A stretch of 64,000 nucleotides of DNA from Candidatus Latescibacterota bacterium. Its GTDB lineage: Bacteria > Latescibacterota > UBA2968 > UBA8231. A program made the position numbers and the translations under genes. The notes beneath the pieces were generated by a model. It saw only the letters and a program-made list of their open reading frames with translations. It had not been told where the DNA came from and did no database searches. Location of the stretch: positions 672,001 through 736,000 of the forward strand of contig CBDCXV010000009.1 in NCBI GenBank assembly GCA_965223905.1. Reading direction: 5' to 3'. Every line of letters begins with the position of its first letter. Position 1 is the first letter of the stretch. Shown here one piece after another: positions 46,672 to 56,990 of this stretch.

Positions 46672-48951
46672 CAGAACTTGAAATCGATGCCGATGCTGGG
46701 CAGCACGGGGAGCATCGGGATCTCCCGGCGCTTCCCCGCCTGGCGCTTGTGAGCGCTGCCTTCGCTCCAGTAGTAGTTGAAGACGTTCCTGTGGTTCGTC
46801 AGGTTGATGACCTGGAGAATGGCCGTCATCCCCCAGGAGGTAAACTCGAAACCGCGGGCAATCGACACGTCGAGGCGTTGATACGAGGGCAGTCGCGAAC
46901 CGTTCAGCGGCCCCTTCTCCTCGAACACCCAGCGGCGCTCCGTCGGCAGGGTGAGCTCTCCGCGGCCGAACACCTGCGTGTAAGGCTGGCCCGAGGCGTA
47001 GGCGGCGCGGGTGTTGAGGCTCCACCTTTCCCGGAAACGCAGCGAGTGGATGAGGTTGAGGTTGGCGCGGCGGTCGAACTTGGAGCGGAAGGCTTGCTCG
47101 CGTCCGGCGCCGTCGAGATTGAGGCCGCCGATGGTCCGTTCGGTCACCCCGAGGGAGAGGGACAGCCATCCCAGGTGGCGGCCGGAGCGCTTGCGCAGCA
47201 GCAGGTCGAGCCCGAAGGCCTCGCCGTCGCCGCGGCGCAGGATGTCGCCGATCTCGCTCGACTCCTGTTCGTCGTAGTTGATCTCGTAGAGGCCGCCGTA
47301 ATCCTTGTAATAGAGCTCGCCGTCGATATCGATACCGAACCGGCGCGTCTCCAGGCCGGCGACGAAGTGGGTGGAGCTGCCGGGTGAGGCGGTCGAGTCC
47401 GCCAGCACCCAGATGTTCGACAACAGGGAAATCCCCTGAAACTCCCGGGTCAGGCGGAAGATGTACTGGTGGTAGCGCCCGACAGCGGCCTTCAGCGAGG
47501 TCTCGGGTCCGAGGCGGTAGCGGCCGGCAAGGCGAGGGGACCAGCCGGAGTACCCCCCGTTCGAGAAGTAGCTGAAGCGCAGGCCCGGCTGCAGGGTCAG
47601 GCGCTCGCCGGCAGTCCAGTTGTCCTGGACGTAGGCCGAGTGGTGGTACCCGGTGACGTCGATATCGTACCAGAGCTGGTCGGACTCGCCGAAGAGGTAC
47701 TCCGTCGATTGCCGTTTGCCGAGAATCCCCAGCTCGAGCTTGTGCGCCTGCGACGGGAAGTAGTTGATGTCCCCCTTGAACGACAGGTCGGTGAGCCGGT
47801 TCGACTCGCGCAGGCTGACGTCTTCGAAGTGGAACAGGGTGGAGGCCTTGAAGCGGCTTCCCGTGACCAGGAAGTTGCCGAAAAGGGAGCTGTCGAACAC
47901 GTGCGTCCACCGCGAGCTGATCGTGCGGTTGCCCCACTCGAGATCGAAGTCGAACTCGTCGAAGCGGTACTGCAGGTTGTCCTGCCCGGTGTAGCCGGCC
48001 AGGGTGAACTGGTCGTCGTGCGACAGCACCTGGTGGGTCTTGCCCTGCAGGTCGTAGAAGCGGTAGCCGAAGGCCTGCAGGTCGAAGGCGTTGCGGACGG
48101 CGGCGATGAGGGGCTCGAGATGGGTGCGGCGCCCGGAAATCAGCCACGAGCCGCGGCCGGCCGGGCCCTGAAGCGTCAGGCGCGAGTTGAGCAGGTCGGC
48201 GCCCCCCCCGGACCTCGAACCGCTCCTTGTTGCCCTCGTCGGTGATGACGTTGAGCACCGACGAGAGGCGGCCGCCGTACTTGGCGGGGTAGCCGCCGCG
48301 CAGCAGCTCCGTGCTCTTGGCGGCGTCGACGGGAAAGGTGCTGAAGAGCCCGAACATGTGGGAGGCGTTGTGGACCTCTGAGCCGTCGAGGAGCACGAGG
48401 TTCTGATCCGGGGTGCCGCCGCGAACGTAGAGGCCGACCGAGAAGTCGGAGAGGCTGGCCACCCCGGGCAGGGTCTGGATGGTGCGGATCGGATCGGCCG
48501 AAAGCGCCGCGGGCGCCATCTTCAGCTCGCGGACCTGCAGCGTCGTCCGGCTCGGGGAGATGTCGAAGCTCTCGACCTTTTGCCGCTCCGCCTCCACTAC
48601 CGTCGCCTCGACCTCGATGGCCCTTTGCTCCATGCGGACCTCGACGACGACGTCGCGGTCCGCGAGCTCGAGCTCCCGCGTTTCGGTTTTGTAGCCGATG
48701 ATGGAGGCGACGAGGGTGTAGCGTCCCGGGGGGACGCCGGCGATGGCGTAGTACCCGCTCTCGTTGGAAATGCTGCCCCAGTTGAGGCCTTCGAGGTAGA
48801 CCGTGGCGAACGGCAGGCTTTCGCCGTCACTGGCGTCGCGCACGAAGCCGCTGATGTCGGCCGCTTCCGCGGTTCCCGTCCCTGCGGCGAAGGCAGCCTG
48901 AACCAGGGTAGCGGCGAGGGGGGCGCTGAACGCGCGCAGGAACCTCCGCAA
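46671..48951 (-). pseudogene. TonB-dependent receptor with N-terminal carboxypeptidase-regulatory-like domain, +1 frameshift in G8 tract (48202-48209)
   Basis: Plug motifs (LPGV..VRGG.PDQN..LDG, GGYPAKYGGRLSSV) lie in one frame and the barrel ending SIGIDFKF in another. Span is 2281 nt = 760 codons + 1; G7 restores FEVRGGADLLNSRLTLQGP. May be a sequencing error or a phase-OFF allele. Confidence 0.85.
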
Positions 48952-48954
48952 GGA

Positions 48955-49401
<447 letters not shown>

Positions 49402-49536
49402 GTGGCCCCGCGGAGGGCCGCCTCCGGCACCCGTCTCATCGCCAGGGCGCCGCCGCATCGAGGCTGCCGGCGGCCGCCTGCAGGATGCGCGGCGGCGAGG
49501 AGACGGTCGCGGCCGAGCCGGTGCAGCAGCCGCGGT

Positions 49537-50541
49537 TCAACGGTTTGCATACTGCTTCTCGTAGTAGGCCCGGTACTCTTCCCCGGACTTGATCCGCCGC
49601 CACCAGGCCTCGTTGCGGACGTACCAGTCCACGGTGGCGCTCATGGAGGCGGCCAGGTCGCGCCGCGGCTTCCAGCCCAGGGCGGCGATCTTGGAGGAGT
49701 CGAGGGCGTAGCGGTGGTCGTGCCCGCTGCGGTCCCTGACGAACTCGATGAGCGATTCCGGCTTGCCGAGCTGCTCGAGAATCCCGTGCGCGACCTCCAG
49801 GCCGTTCGACTCGTTCTCCCCCCCGACGTTGTAGACCTCGCCCACCTGCCCTTCGTGAAGCACCAGGGCGATCGCTTCGCAGTGATCCTCGACATGGAGG
49901 TGATCGCGCACCTGCCTGCCGTCGCCGTAGACCGGCAGCGGCCGGTCGTCGATGGCGTTGGTGATGTAGAGCGGGACCCGCTTCTCCGGGTACTGGCAGG
50001 GGCCGATGTTGTTCGACGCCCGGGTGATCACCGCGGGAAGGCCGTGGTTGACGTGGTAGGCGCGCACCAGGATGTCGGCGGCCGCCTTGCTGGCCGAGTA
50101 GGGATTGCGCGGGTCGATGGGGGACTCTTCGGTCCAGGCTCCCTCCTCGAGGCTGCCGTAGACCTCGTCGGTGCTGACCTGGAGATAGCGCTCGACCCCG
50201 TAGCGGTTGGCCGCTTCGAGCAGCACCGCGGTCCCGTAGACGTTGGTGCGCACGAACTCGGCGCCGCCGAGCAGGGAGCGGTCGACGTGGCTCTCGGCGG
50301 CGAAGTGGACGACGGCGTCCGCCTCTTCCACGAGAGGGTCGACGACCTGCGGATCGCAGACGTCTCCGCGCACGAACCGGTAGCGCGGATCTCCCTCGAC
50401 ATCGGCGAGGTTCTCCGGGTTACCGGCGTAGGTCAGCTTGTCGAGGTTGGTCACCGTGCAGGCGGGGTACCGTGCGAGCAGGTAGCGCACGAAATTGCTG
50501 CCGATGAAGCCGCAGCCCCCGGTGACGAGTATTGTCTTCAT
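49537..50541 (-). CDS. rfbB: dTDP-glucose 4,6-dehydratase
   Basis: TGGCGFIGSNF, DKLTYAGN, FAAESHVDRS, STDEVYG, YSASKA; ATG 50541. Confidence 0.94.
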   Translation of the reverse strand: MKTILVTGGCGFIGSNFVRYLLARYPACTVTNLDKLTYAGNPENLADVEGDPRYRFVRGDVCDPQVVDPLVEEADAVVHFAAESHVDRSLLGGAEFVRTNVYGTAVLLEAANRYGVERYLQVSTDEVYGSLEEGAWTEESPIDPRNPYSASKAAADILVRAYHVNHGLPAVITRASNNIGPCQYPEKRVPLYITNAIDDRPLPVYGDGRQVRDHLHVEDHCEAIALVLHEGQVGEVYNVGGENESNGLEVAHGILEQLGKPESLIEFVRDRSGHDHRYALDSSKIAALGWKPRRDLAASMSATVDWYVRNEAWWRRIKSGEEYRAYYEKQYANR

Positions 50542-51920
50542 CGCCTCAGGTTCGCAGCGGCACGAAGCGGACCGGAGAGGCCCAGGTCCGGCTCTTCTCC
50601 CGCTTCGCCGGGGGTCCGGGGACGGCGCCCGACGCTGACGTACTCGAAGCCGAGCTCGCCCATGCGCCGCGGCTCGTAGACGTTGCGGCAGTCGAGGAAC
50701 TTCGCCGTGCGCAAGGCCTCCCGAAGGCGCGGCAGGTCGATGTTGCGGAACTCGTTCCACTCGGTCAGCAGGACGATGGCGTCGCACCCCTCGGCAGCGG
50801 AATAGGGGTCTTCGAAACAGTGGATCTCGGGAAATTGCGCCTGCGCGCGTTCGTTGGCGGCCGGGTCGCAGGCGCGCACCGCGGCTCCTCCCGCCAGCAG
50901 CGCCGCGATCATGTCGAGGGAAGGGGCTTCGCGGATGTCGTCGGTGTCCGGCTTGAACGACAGCCCGAGGAGGCAGACCGACTTGCCCTGGAAAGGGCCG
51001 ATGAGGTCGGCCAGCTTGGAGATCATGCGCCGCCGCTGCAGCGTGTTGCTGCCGTCGATCGACTCGATGAGCGGGGCCTCGACCCCTCCCTTGCGTGCGG
51101 TGGCGGCCAACCCGGTGACGTCCTTGGGAAAACAGCTGCCGCCGTAGCCGGCGCCGGCGTTGAGGTAGCGGTGCCCGATGCGCTCGTCGAACCCCATGCC
51201 CCGGGCCACCGATGAGACGTCGGCGCCGTAGGCCTCGCAGATGCTGGCGATTTCGTTGATGAAGGAGATCTTGGCGGCGAGCAGGGCGTTCGACGCGTAC
51301 TTGATCATCTCCGCCGACTCGACATCCGTCAGCACCATCGGGATGTCCCGCTCGTACAGCGGGTTGTACACGTCGAGGATCGCCTCCATGGCGCGGCGGC
51401 TCGTCGCCCCGATCACCAGCCGGTCCGGGTGCAGGAAGTCGTCGATCGCCGAACCCTCGCGCAGGAACTCGGGATTGGACACGACGTCGAAGTCCTGGTC
51501 CGGCCGCACCCTGCGGATCACCTCGCCGACATCGACCCCGGTGCCGACCGGAACCGTCGACTTGTTGACGATGATCTTGTAGTCCTCCATGAAGGTGCCG
51601 ATGGTCTCGGCCGCGGCGGTGACGTAGGAGATGTCGACGTCCCCGGTAGGGAGGGGCGGCGTGCCGACGCAGATGAAGATGAGCTCCGATGTCTTGACGG
51701 CGAAGGCGACCTCGGTCGAGAAGGTCAGGCGGCCGCGGCTGACGTTGCGGGAGACCAGCTCGTCCAGTCCCGGTTCGTATATGGGCGATTCCCCCGCCTT
51801 GAGCCGGGAGATCCGCTCCTCGTCGATGTCGACGCAGACCACGGCGTTGCCGAAGTCGGCGAGACAGGAGCCGGTGACGAGGCCGACGTAGCCCGTCCCC
51901 ATTACGCAGACGCGTCTCAA
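50538..51920 (-). CDS. ugd: UDP-glucose 6-dehydrogenase
   Basis: GTGYVGL, CVGTP, KSTVPVG, NPEFLREG, GYGGSCFPKD, FKPDTDDIRE. Confidence 0.95.
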   Translation of the reverse strand: MRRVCVMGTGYVGLVTGSCLADFGNAVVCVDIDEERISRLKAGESPIYEPGLDELVSRNVSRGRLTFSTEVAFAVKTSELIFICVGTPPLPTGDVDISYVTAAAETIGTFMEDYKIIVNKSTVPVGTGVDVGEVIRRVRPDQDFDVVSNPEFLREGSAIDDFLHPDRLVIGATSRRAMEAILDVYNPLYERDIPMVLTDVESAEMIKYASNALLAAKISFINEIASICEAYGADVSSVARGMGFDERIGHRYLNAGAGYGGSCFPKDVTGLAATARKGGVEAPLIESIDGSNTLQRRRMISKLADLIGPFQGKSVCLLGLSFKPDTDDIREAPSLDMIAALLAGGAAVRACDPAANERAQAQFPEIHCFEDPYSAAEGCDAIVLLTEWNEFRNIDLPRLREALRTAKFLDCRNVYEPRRMGELGFEYVSVGRRPRTPGEAGEEPDLGLSGPLRAAANLRR

Positions 51921-52057
51921 TGATTTCCGCTCCGGTTGTTCTTCAGGGTAGGTCGTATCTGGCGGGACGGCGCCGCCGAAGAGCCCCTCATCACCCTTCG
52001 AGCCGCGCCGCAGAAGACAAGCATCTATTTGTTAAAGAAAGAGTTAGCAGATCATTT

Positions 52058-52086
52058 ACCTTAGGTGCCGCGATCGCGGATGTCAA
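52058..52086 (-). promoter_or_regulatory. Sigma70-like promoter upstream of the ugd operon
   Basis: TTGACA-N17-TAAGGT on the minus strand, followed by an AT-rich leader. Confidence 0.55.
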
Positions 52087-52145
52087 ACCGCCGCGGGCAG
52101 TTTCCCTCACCTTCCGGAGGCCCCGGGGGCCGGGCTTGTTGCAGG

Positions 52146-53945
52146 TCAATCGTCGTCCTCGCGTTCCGACAGCAGGTCGCCGCGCTGCAGGCGCTCGGCG
52201 TTTTCCGTCGACCAGAGGATCCCCTTCATCAGCTTTTGCGCCGTGATGTAGCGGGTGGCGGCGAGCATGTGCATCCGCTTCTCCTCCCCGTCGCCGCTCA
52301 GGTCGAAGTGGCGGAAGGCGACTTCGAGGACCTGGAACATGTGCAGCTCGGCGTCCTCGCGCAGGAGGACGTGGGCCAGGGTCCGGCGCAGGCGGGTGAG
52401 GTCGTGCCCCTCCTCGAGATACTGGTTCACAAGCACCTCGGCCTCGAAAACCTTCTGGAAGTCGGCGAACTCCTGCAGCCGCTCGAGCATGGCTTCGGGG
52501 CCGTCGAAGGCTTCGGCCAGGCGCTGTCCGGGGCGCGGCAGGCGGGCGGCCGGCATGTTGAGCCAGCGCAGGTAGGTCAGGAAGACGGCGCCGTGGAAGA
52601 GACCGCGCAGCAGCTCCCTGCCTGGGGCGAGGTGGAAGGCGCGGTAGAGGCCGTGGGCATAGGAGTAGATGTTGGCGACGTCGTGCCAGTCCCCCTCGTT
52701 CTTGAGGTGGAAGCGGGCGACGCGGATGGCCCCGGCGTAGGCCATGGCGCGGCACAGGTCGCGCGGATCGACGCCGGCACGGAGGCGCGCTTCGATCTCG
52801 GCGAGGATCGGCTCGAAGTCGTCGCCGAGCATGACCTGGGCGAAGGCGGAGATGTCGAGCGGGGCTTCGTTCTCCCGGTTCTCCTTCCAGATGTCGTCGA
52901 GGCGGGTGAAGATCTCCTCGAGGACGGGGACGCTGTCCGACCAGCGCGAGGTCTCTTCGTGGCGCGTGCGCCCGACCAGGTCGACGACGATGGGACGCAG
53001 GATTTCGTGGGCCCCTTCCCATTCCACGTAGTCGAGGGCCTCGAACATCTTGTTGGCGAAGTCGAGGGCGTGGCCGTCCCCGGTGAAGTAGAAATCGGTG
53101 GCGGTGGTGAAGACCAGGTCGGCGAGCACCTCGGCCGGGTAGCCCCTGTCGTGCAGGGTGAGGAGGATGCGCTCGGCCGGCCCGCGGTCGCGCTGGTCGA
53201 TGTAGCGGCGGAACCAGCGGCGCATGGTGTCGAGATCGGGGTCCCGGCTGGCGGGCGGAAAGGGGGAACGCTGCCGCCGCGAGCTCCCCGAGGTGCGGCT
53301 GGCGATCTGGCTGAGGCCGTGGACGAGAAAGAGGTTCCGGTCCCCGGGGTCGATGTCCTCCCACAGGTTGGCCGCCAGGGTCAGGATGGTCACCCCGGAG
53401 GACCAGCCCTCGCTGGTTTTGTGAGTTCCGAAGTAGAGCCCCTGCTGGATGATCTCGCGCGGCGGAGCCCCGGCCTGGCGCAGGGCGGTCACCGCCTTGG
53501 CGATGAGGAAGGAGCTGCGGTCCTTGAGGCCCTGTTCCAGCCCCCTCTTGCCCCTTTCGATGAGGCGCCGCGCCGCGGCCTCGCGTTCGTCCGCGGCCAG
53601 GCCGACGTAGAGACAGCCGTCCCGGCGCTCCTCGACCGGGAAGGTCTTGAGGTCGTCCCCCGAGGTGAGGAAGCAGCCGCCGGTGTTCAGGTCGAACTCC
53701 CAGTGGTGCCAGTGGCAGATGAGAACGCCGTCGCGGATGCTGCCCTTGGACATCGGGTAGCCCATGTGGGGGCAGCGGTTGTCGACGGCGTGGAAGCCGT
53801 CCTCGTAGCGGAAGAGGGCGAGGTGGGTGCCGTTGACGCTGAAGGGGCGGCTTTCCCCTTCGGCGATGTCGGCGGCGGCGCACAACCGGTGGTACATCAG
53901 AGGGGCGGCAGGGGAAGAATCGCTCGGGCGGGTCGCCTGACTCAT
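52146..53945 (-). CDS. Rieske [2Fe-2S] domain fused to a large helical domain of unknown function
   Basis: NRCPHMGYP...ICHWHH Rieske ligands; ATG 53945 with GAGGAGG RBS; about 599 aa. Confidence 0.85.
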   Translation of the reverse strand: MSQATRPSDSSPAAPLMYHRLCAAADIAEGESRPFSVNGTHLALFRYEDGFHAVDNRCPHMGYPMSKGSIRDGVLICHWHHWEFDLNTGGCFLTSGDDLKTFPVEERRDGCLYVGLAADEREAAARRLIERGKRGLEQGLKDRSSFLIAKAVTALRQAGAPPREIIQQGLYFGTHKTSEGWSSGVTILTLAANLWEDIDPGDRNLFLVHGLSQIASRTSGSSRRQRSPFPPASRDPDLDTMRRWFRRYIDQRDRGPAERILLTLHDRGYPAEVLADLVFTTATDFYFTGDGHALDFANKMFEALDYVEWEGAHEILRPIVVDLVGRTRHEETSRWSDSVPVLEEIFTRLDDIWKENRENEAPLDISAFAQVMLGDDFEPILAEIEARLRAGVDPRDLCRAMAYAGAIRVARFHLKNEGDWHDVANIYSYAHGLYRAFHLAPGRELLRGLFHGAVFLTYLRWLNMPAARLPRPGQRLAEAFDGPEAMLERLQEFADFQKVFEAEVLVNQYLEEGHDLTRLRRTLAHVLLREDAELHMFQVLEVAFRHFDLSGDGEEKRMHMLAATRYITAQKLMKGILWSTENAERLQRGDLLSEREDDD

Positions 53946-54233
53946 GGTCAGCCTCCTCGGCGTGAGGGTGGGCCGGGTTGGGGGGGAATACGGGTTCGGT
54001 TGCTCCCCGGCGGGAACAGTACGCAAGTAACGTTTTGCGCTCCCGTTTGCAAGGGGCCGGGCTCCCGGGAAACCCTCCGCGGTTCGGATGGAGGGGGTTG
54101 GCCGGGAGCTGCCCTGACTTCCGTCTTGATCCATCCCGGGTGCGGCCCTTATTTGCCCCACTTACCGGCTTCCCAATAGAACACCCCGGAACCGCCGGCG
54201 TTCCCGGACCTCCTTCGACAGGCAGTATCCCCC

Positions 54234-55238
54234 ATGAACGCTTCCTCCAAGGACCTGATCATCGGCGTTGCCGCATGCGCCCTCATCGTTTTCATCTTCG
54301 CCAGCATCGAGCTGATCGAGCTCTTCTTCGACTTCACGCGCCAGTACGAGGAATGGAACCTCGATGAAGCGATTGCCGCGGTGCCCGCCCTGGCGCTGGT
54401 GAGCGCCTGGTTCGCCGGGCGGCGTTGGCGCGAGATCCGCCGTCTGAACGGGGAGCTGGAAGAGACGGTGGCGCAGCTCGAGGAGGCGATCGCGCAGCGC
54501 CGCGCCATGGAAGACCAACTCGGGGAAGCGTACAAGATGGCGGCCATGGGCGCGCTTACAGGCGGGCTCGCCCACGAGTTCAACAACGTGCTGCAGCCGA
54601 TCGTCACCCTCGCCCAGTTGAGCCTCGACCGCGACGGGACGGAAGAGCAGAAGACCCGGATCCGACATATCCTCAAGGCGGCCGAGCACGGCTGCGAGAT
54701 CGTCAAGGGGACCCTGGCCTTCCCCGCCGGCGGAACCCAGGAAACGCACGACATGGTCCCGGCCGAGGATGTCGCAGGCTTCGTCGAGCAGGCAAGGGGC
54801 CGTCTCGGCAAGGTCGAGATCGACGCCCGGATCGCCGCCGACTCCGGAGCCATCCGCGTCAACAGGGCGGAGTTCAACCAGGTGATGACCAACCTGGTCA
54901 GGAACGCCGCCGAAGCGATGGACCACAGGGGCAAGGTCGAGATCGGCCTCGGGTCCCGCACCCTCGATGCAGAGGCGGCGCGCGCGAAGGGCCTGGCAGC
55001 CGGCAGGTACGTCCGCGTGACCGTGGCCGACAACGGCCCGGGCATGGTCTCCGAGGTGAGGGACCAGATCTTCGATCCCTTCTTCACCACCAAGGAGGCG
55101 GGAGAAGGCACGGGACTGGGTCTCGCCATCGTCTACAGCTTGGTGCAGGGATGGAACGGCAGGATCTCCGTGTACTCGTCCCCCGGGAACGGGGCGGCGT
55201 TCGAAATACTGATCCCGAGGCTGGAACGGGGGGCCTGA
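54234..55238 (+). CDS. Membrane-bound sensor histidine kinase
   Basis: 2 TM; H-box LAHEFNN, N-box NLVRNA, DNGPG, FDPFFTTK, GTGLGL. Confidence 0.93.
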   Translation: MNASSKDLIIGVAACALIVFIFASIELIELFFDFTRQYEEWNLDEAIAAVPALALVSAWFAGRRWREIRRLNGELEETVAQLEEAIAQRRAMEDQLGEAYKMAAMGALTGGLAHEFNNVLQPIVTLAQLSLDRDGTEEQKTRIRHILKAAEHGCEIVKGTLAFPAGGTQETHDMVPAEDVAGFVEQARGRLGKVEIDARIAADSGAIRVNRAEFNQVMTNLVRNAAEAMDHRGKVEIGLGSRTLDAEAARAKGLAAGRYVRVTVADNGPGMVSEVRDQIFDPFFTTKEAGEGTGLGLAIVYSLVQGWNGRISVYSSPGNGAAFEILIPRLERGA

Positions 55239-55241
55239 ACG

Positions 55242-55643
55242 ATGGCGGCCATACTGCTCGCCGACGACGACGCGGGAGTGCTTTTCGCGCTGGGGATGCT
55301 GTTGCGGGAGGCAGGCCACGAGGTGCTCGAGGCCGACCGCTGCCAAGCGGTCTTGGAGACCGTTACAAGCAGAAGGCCGGATCTCGCCGTGACCGACGTC
55401 AACATGCGGGACATGAGCGGGGTCGAGCTGATCGAGCAGCTGCGCAAGGCCCGTCCCGGAGTCCCGATAATCGCCATGACAGGCGGCGGCATGCACCAGA
55501 CACCGGAGCTGGCCGCGACTCTCGCCGGGAATGCCGGGGCCGACAGGGTGCTGCAGAAGCCGTTCGGCAACGACGCCCTGCTGGCCGAGGTCGCGGCGCT
55601 GCTTCCCGATTCCGGAGTTTCCTCCCGGGGCCGGAACTCGTGA
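55242..55643 (+). CDS. Single-domain response regulator (receiver only)
   Basis: ILLADDD, DLAVTDVNM, IAMTG, QKPF. Confidence 0.92.
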   Translation: MAAILLADDDAGVLFALGMLLREAGHEVLEADRCQAVLETVTSRRPDLAVTDVNMRDMSGVELIEQLRKARPGVPIIAMTGGGMHQTPELAATLAGNAGADRVLQKPFGNDALLAEVAALLPDSGVSSRGRNS

Positions 55644-55798
55644 ACCGTATGCACGTCGGGTACGCGGCTGTCTACCTGCCGCCTGCAAGGAGCCGAATCA
55701 CCTGACCTCGTTCAGCATGCAGGCTGACGATTAATGCATGAAACACTTACACAATGCCACACCGGAAACCATCCGGACAGAAGGGGAGAAAGCCTGAG

Positions 55799-56821
55799 AT
55801 GAAGAAAAATGACCTGATCGACATTGCGCAGGCCCTGGTCCCGCCCGGCAGGGGAATCCTGGCGGCCGACGAAAGCTCCGGCACGATCGCGAAGCGGTTT
55901 GCGAGCATCGGAACCGAGTCGACGGAGGAGAACCGGCGCTCGTACCGGGAGCTCCTGTTCACCACGCCCGGCATGGAGGAGTTCATCAGCGGGGTCATAC
56001 TGTACGACGAGACCATCAGGCAGGCGGCCGGGGACGGCACGCCGCTGCCGCAGGTGCTTTCGGCAAAGGGAGTGATTCCCGGGATCAAGGCGGACACGGG
56101 GTTGAAGGACCTGCCAGGTTTCCCGGGCGAGCAGACAACCGAGGGGCTCGACGGCCTTCAGGACCGGCTGGCCGAGTACCGCGAGCTGGGAGCGCGGTTC
56201 GCCAAGTGGCGGGCGGTGACCGCCGTCGGCGACGGGCTCCCCACCTCCGGCTGCATCGAGGCCAACGCCCAGGGGCTGGCGCGCTACGCGGCGATATCGC
56301 AGGCGGCCGGGCTGGTGCCGATCGTCGAGCCCGAGGTGCTGATGGACGGCGCCCACGACCTGCGGGCCTGCGAGGAGGCGACCGCGGCCACCCTGGCCTG
56401 CGTCTACGAGCAACTGTACAGCCAGCGCGTCGAGCTCGAGGGCACCCTGCTGAAACCGAACATGGTGCTTTCGGGCAAGGACTGCCCGGAGCAGGCTTCG
56501 GTCGAGGAGGTCGCCGAGGCGACGCTCCGCTGCTTCCGCCGCCACGTGCCCGCGGCGGTCCCGGGCATCGTGTTTCTCTCGGGGGGCCAGGGCCCGGAGC
56601 AGGCGACAGCCCACCTCAACGCCATGAACGCTCTCGGCGGGGCGCCCTGGCAGCTGAGCTTCTCCTACGGCCGCGCCCTGCAGGAGACGGCGTTGAAGGC
56701 CTGGAAGGGAAATGCCGCCAACATCGAAGCGGCGAAGCGGGCCTTCTACCTGCGCGCCAGGCTCAACGGTGCCGCCCGCAGCGGGGAGTACACCCTGGCG
56801 ATGGAGAGGGAAGCCGCCTGA
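55799..56821 (+). CDS. Fructose-bisphosphate aldolase class I (eukaryote-type)
   Basis: GILAADES, FAKWRAV, VPIVEPE, GTLLKPNMV Schiff-base Lys, FLSGGQ, SFSYGRALQ; ATG 55799. Confidence 0.95.
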   Translation: MKKNDLIDIAQALVPPGRGILAADESSGTIAKRFASIGTESTEENRRSYRELLFTTPGMEEFISGVILYDETIRQAAGDGTPLPQVLSAKGVIPGIKADTGLKDLPGFPGEQTTEGLDGLQDRLAEYRELGARFAKWRAVTAVGDGLPTSGCIEANAQGLARYAAISQAAGLVPIVEPEVLMDGAHDLRACEEATAATLACVYEQLYSQRVELEGTLLKPNMVLSGKDCPEQASVEEVAEATLRCFRRHVPAAVPGIVFLSGGQGPEQATAHLNAMNALGGAPWQLSFSYGRALQETALKAWKGNAANIEAAKRAFYLRARLNGAARSGEYTLAMEREAA

Positions 56822-56990
56822 CTCACGGCGGCCGGGGGCGCGACCTTCCCGGAGAACCAGCTACGGGAAGGCAGCAGGGAACCGAAAGCTCCCGGAGGCT
56901 GTAGTATCAGCAGACTGTAGAGGCGCGGCCGCACAGAAGCGGTCGCGCCTTTTTCCTGCTCACACGGCGGCGGGGGACGAGGGGAGCACC

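Noticed and set aside
45532-48951. 1139-aa ORF as one genuine protein
   Set aside because: Product of the G8 frameshift: receptor N-terminus + off-frame sequence + a separate lipoprotein with its own start and lipobox
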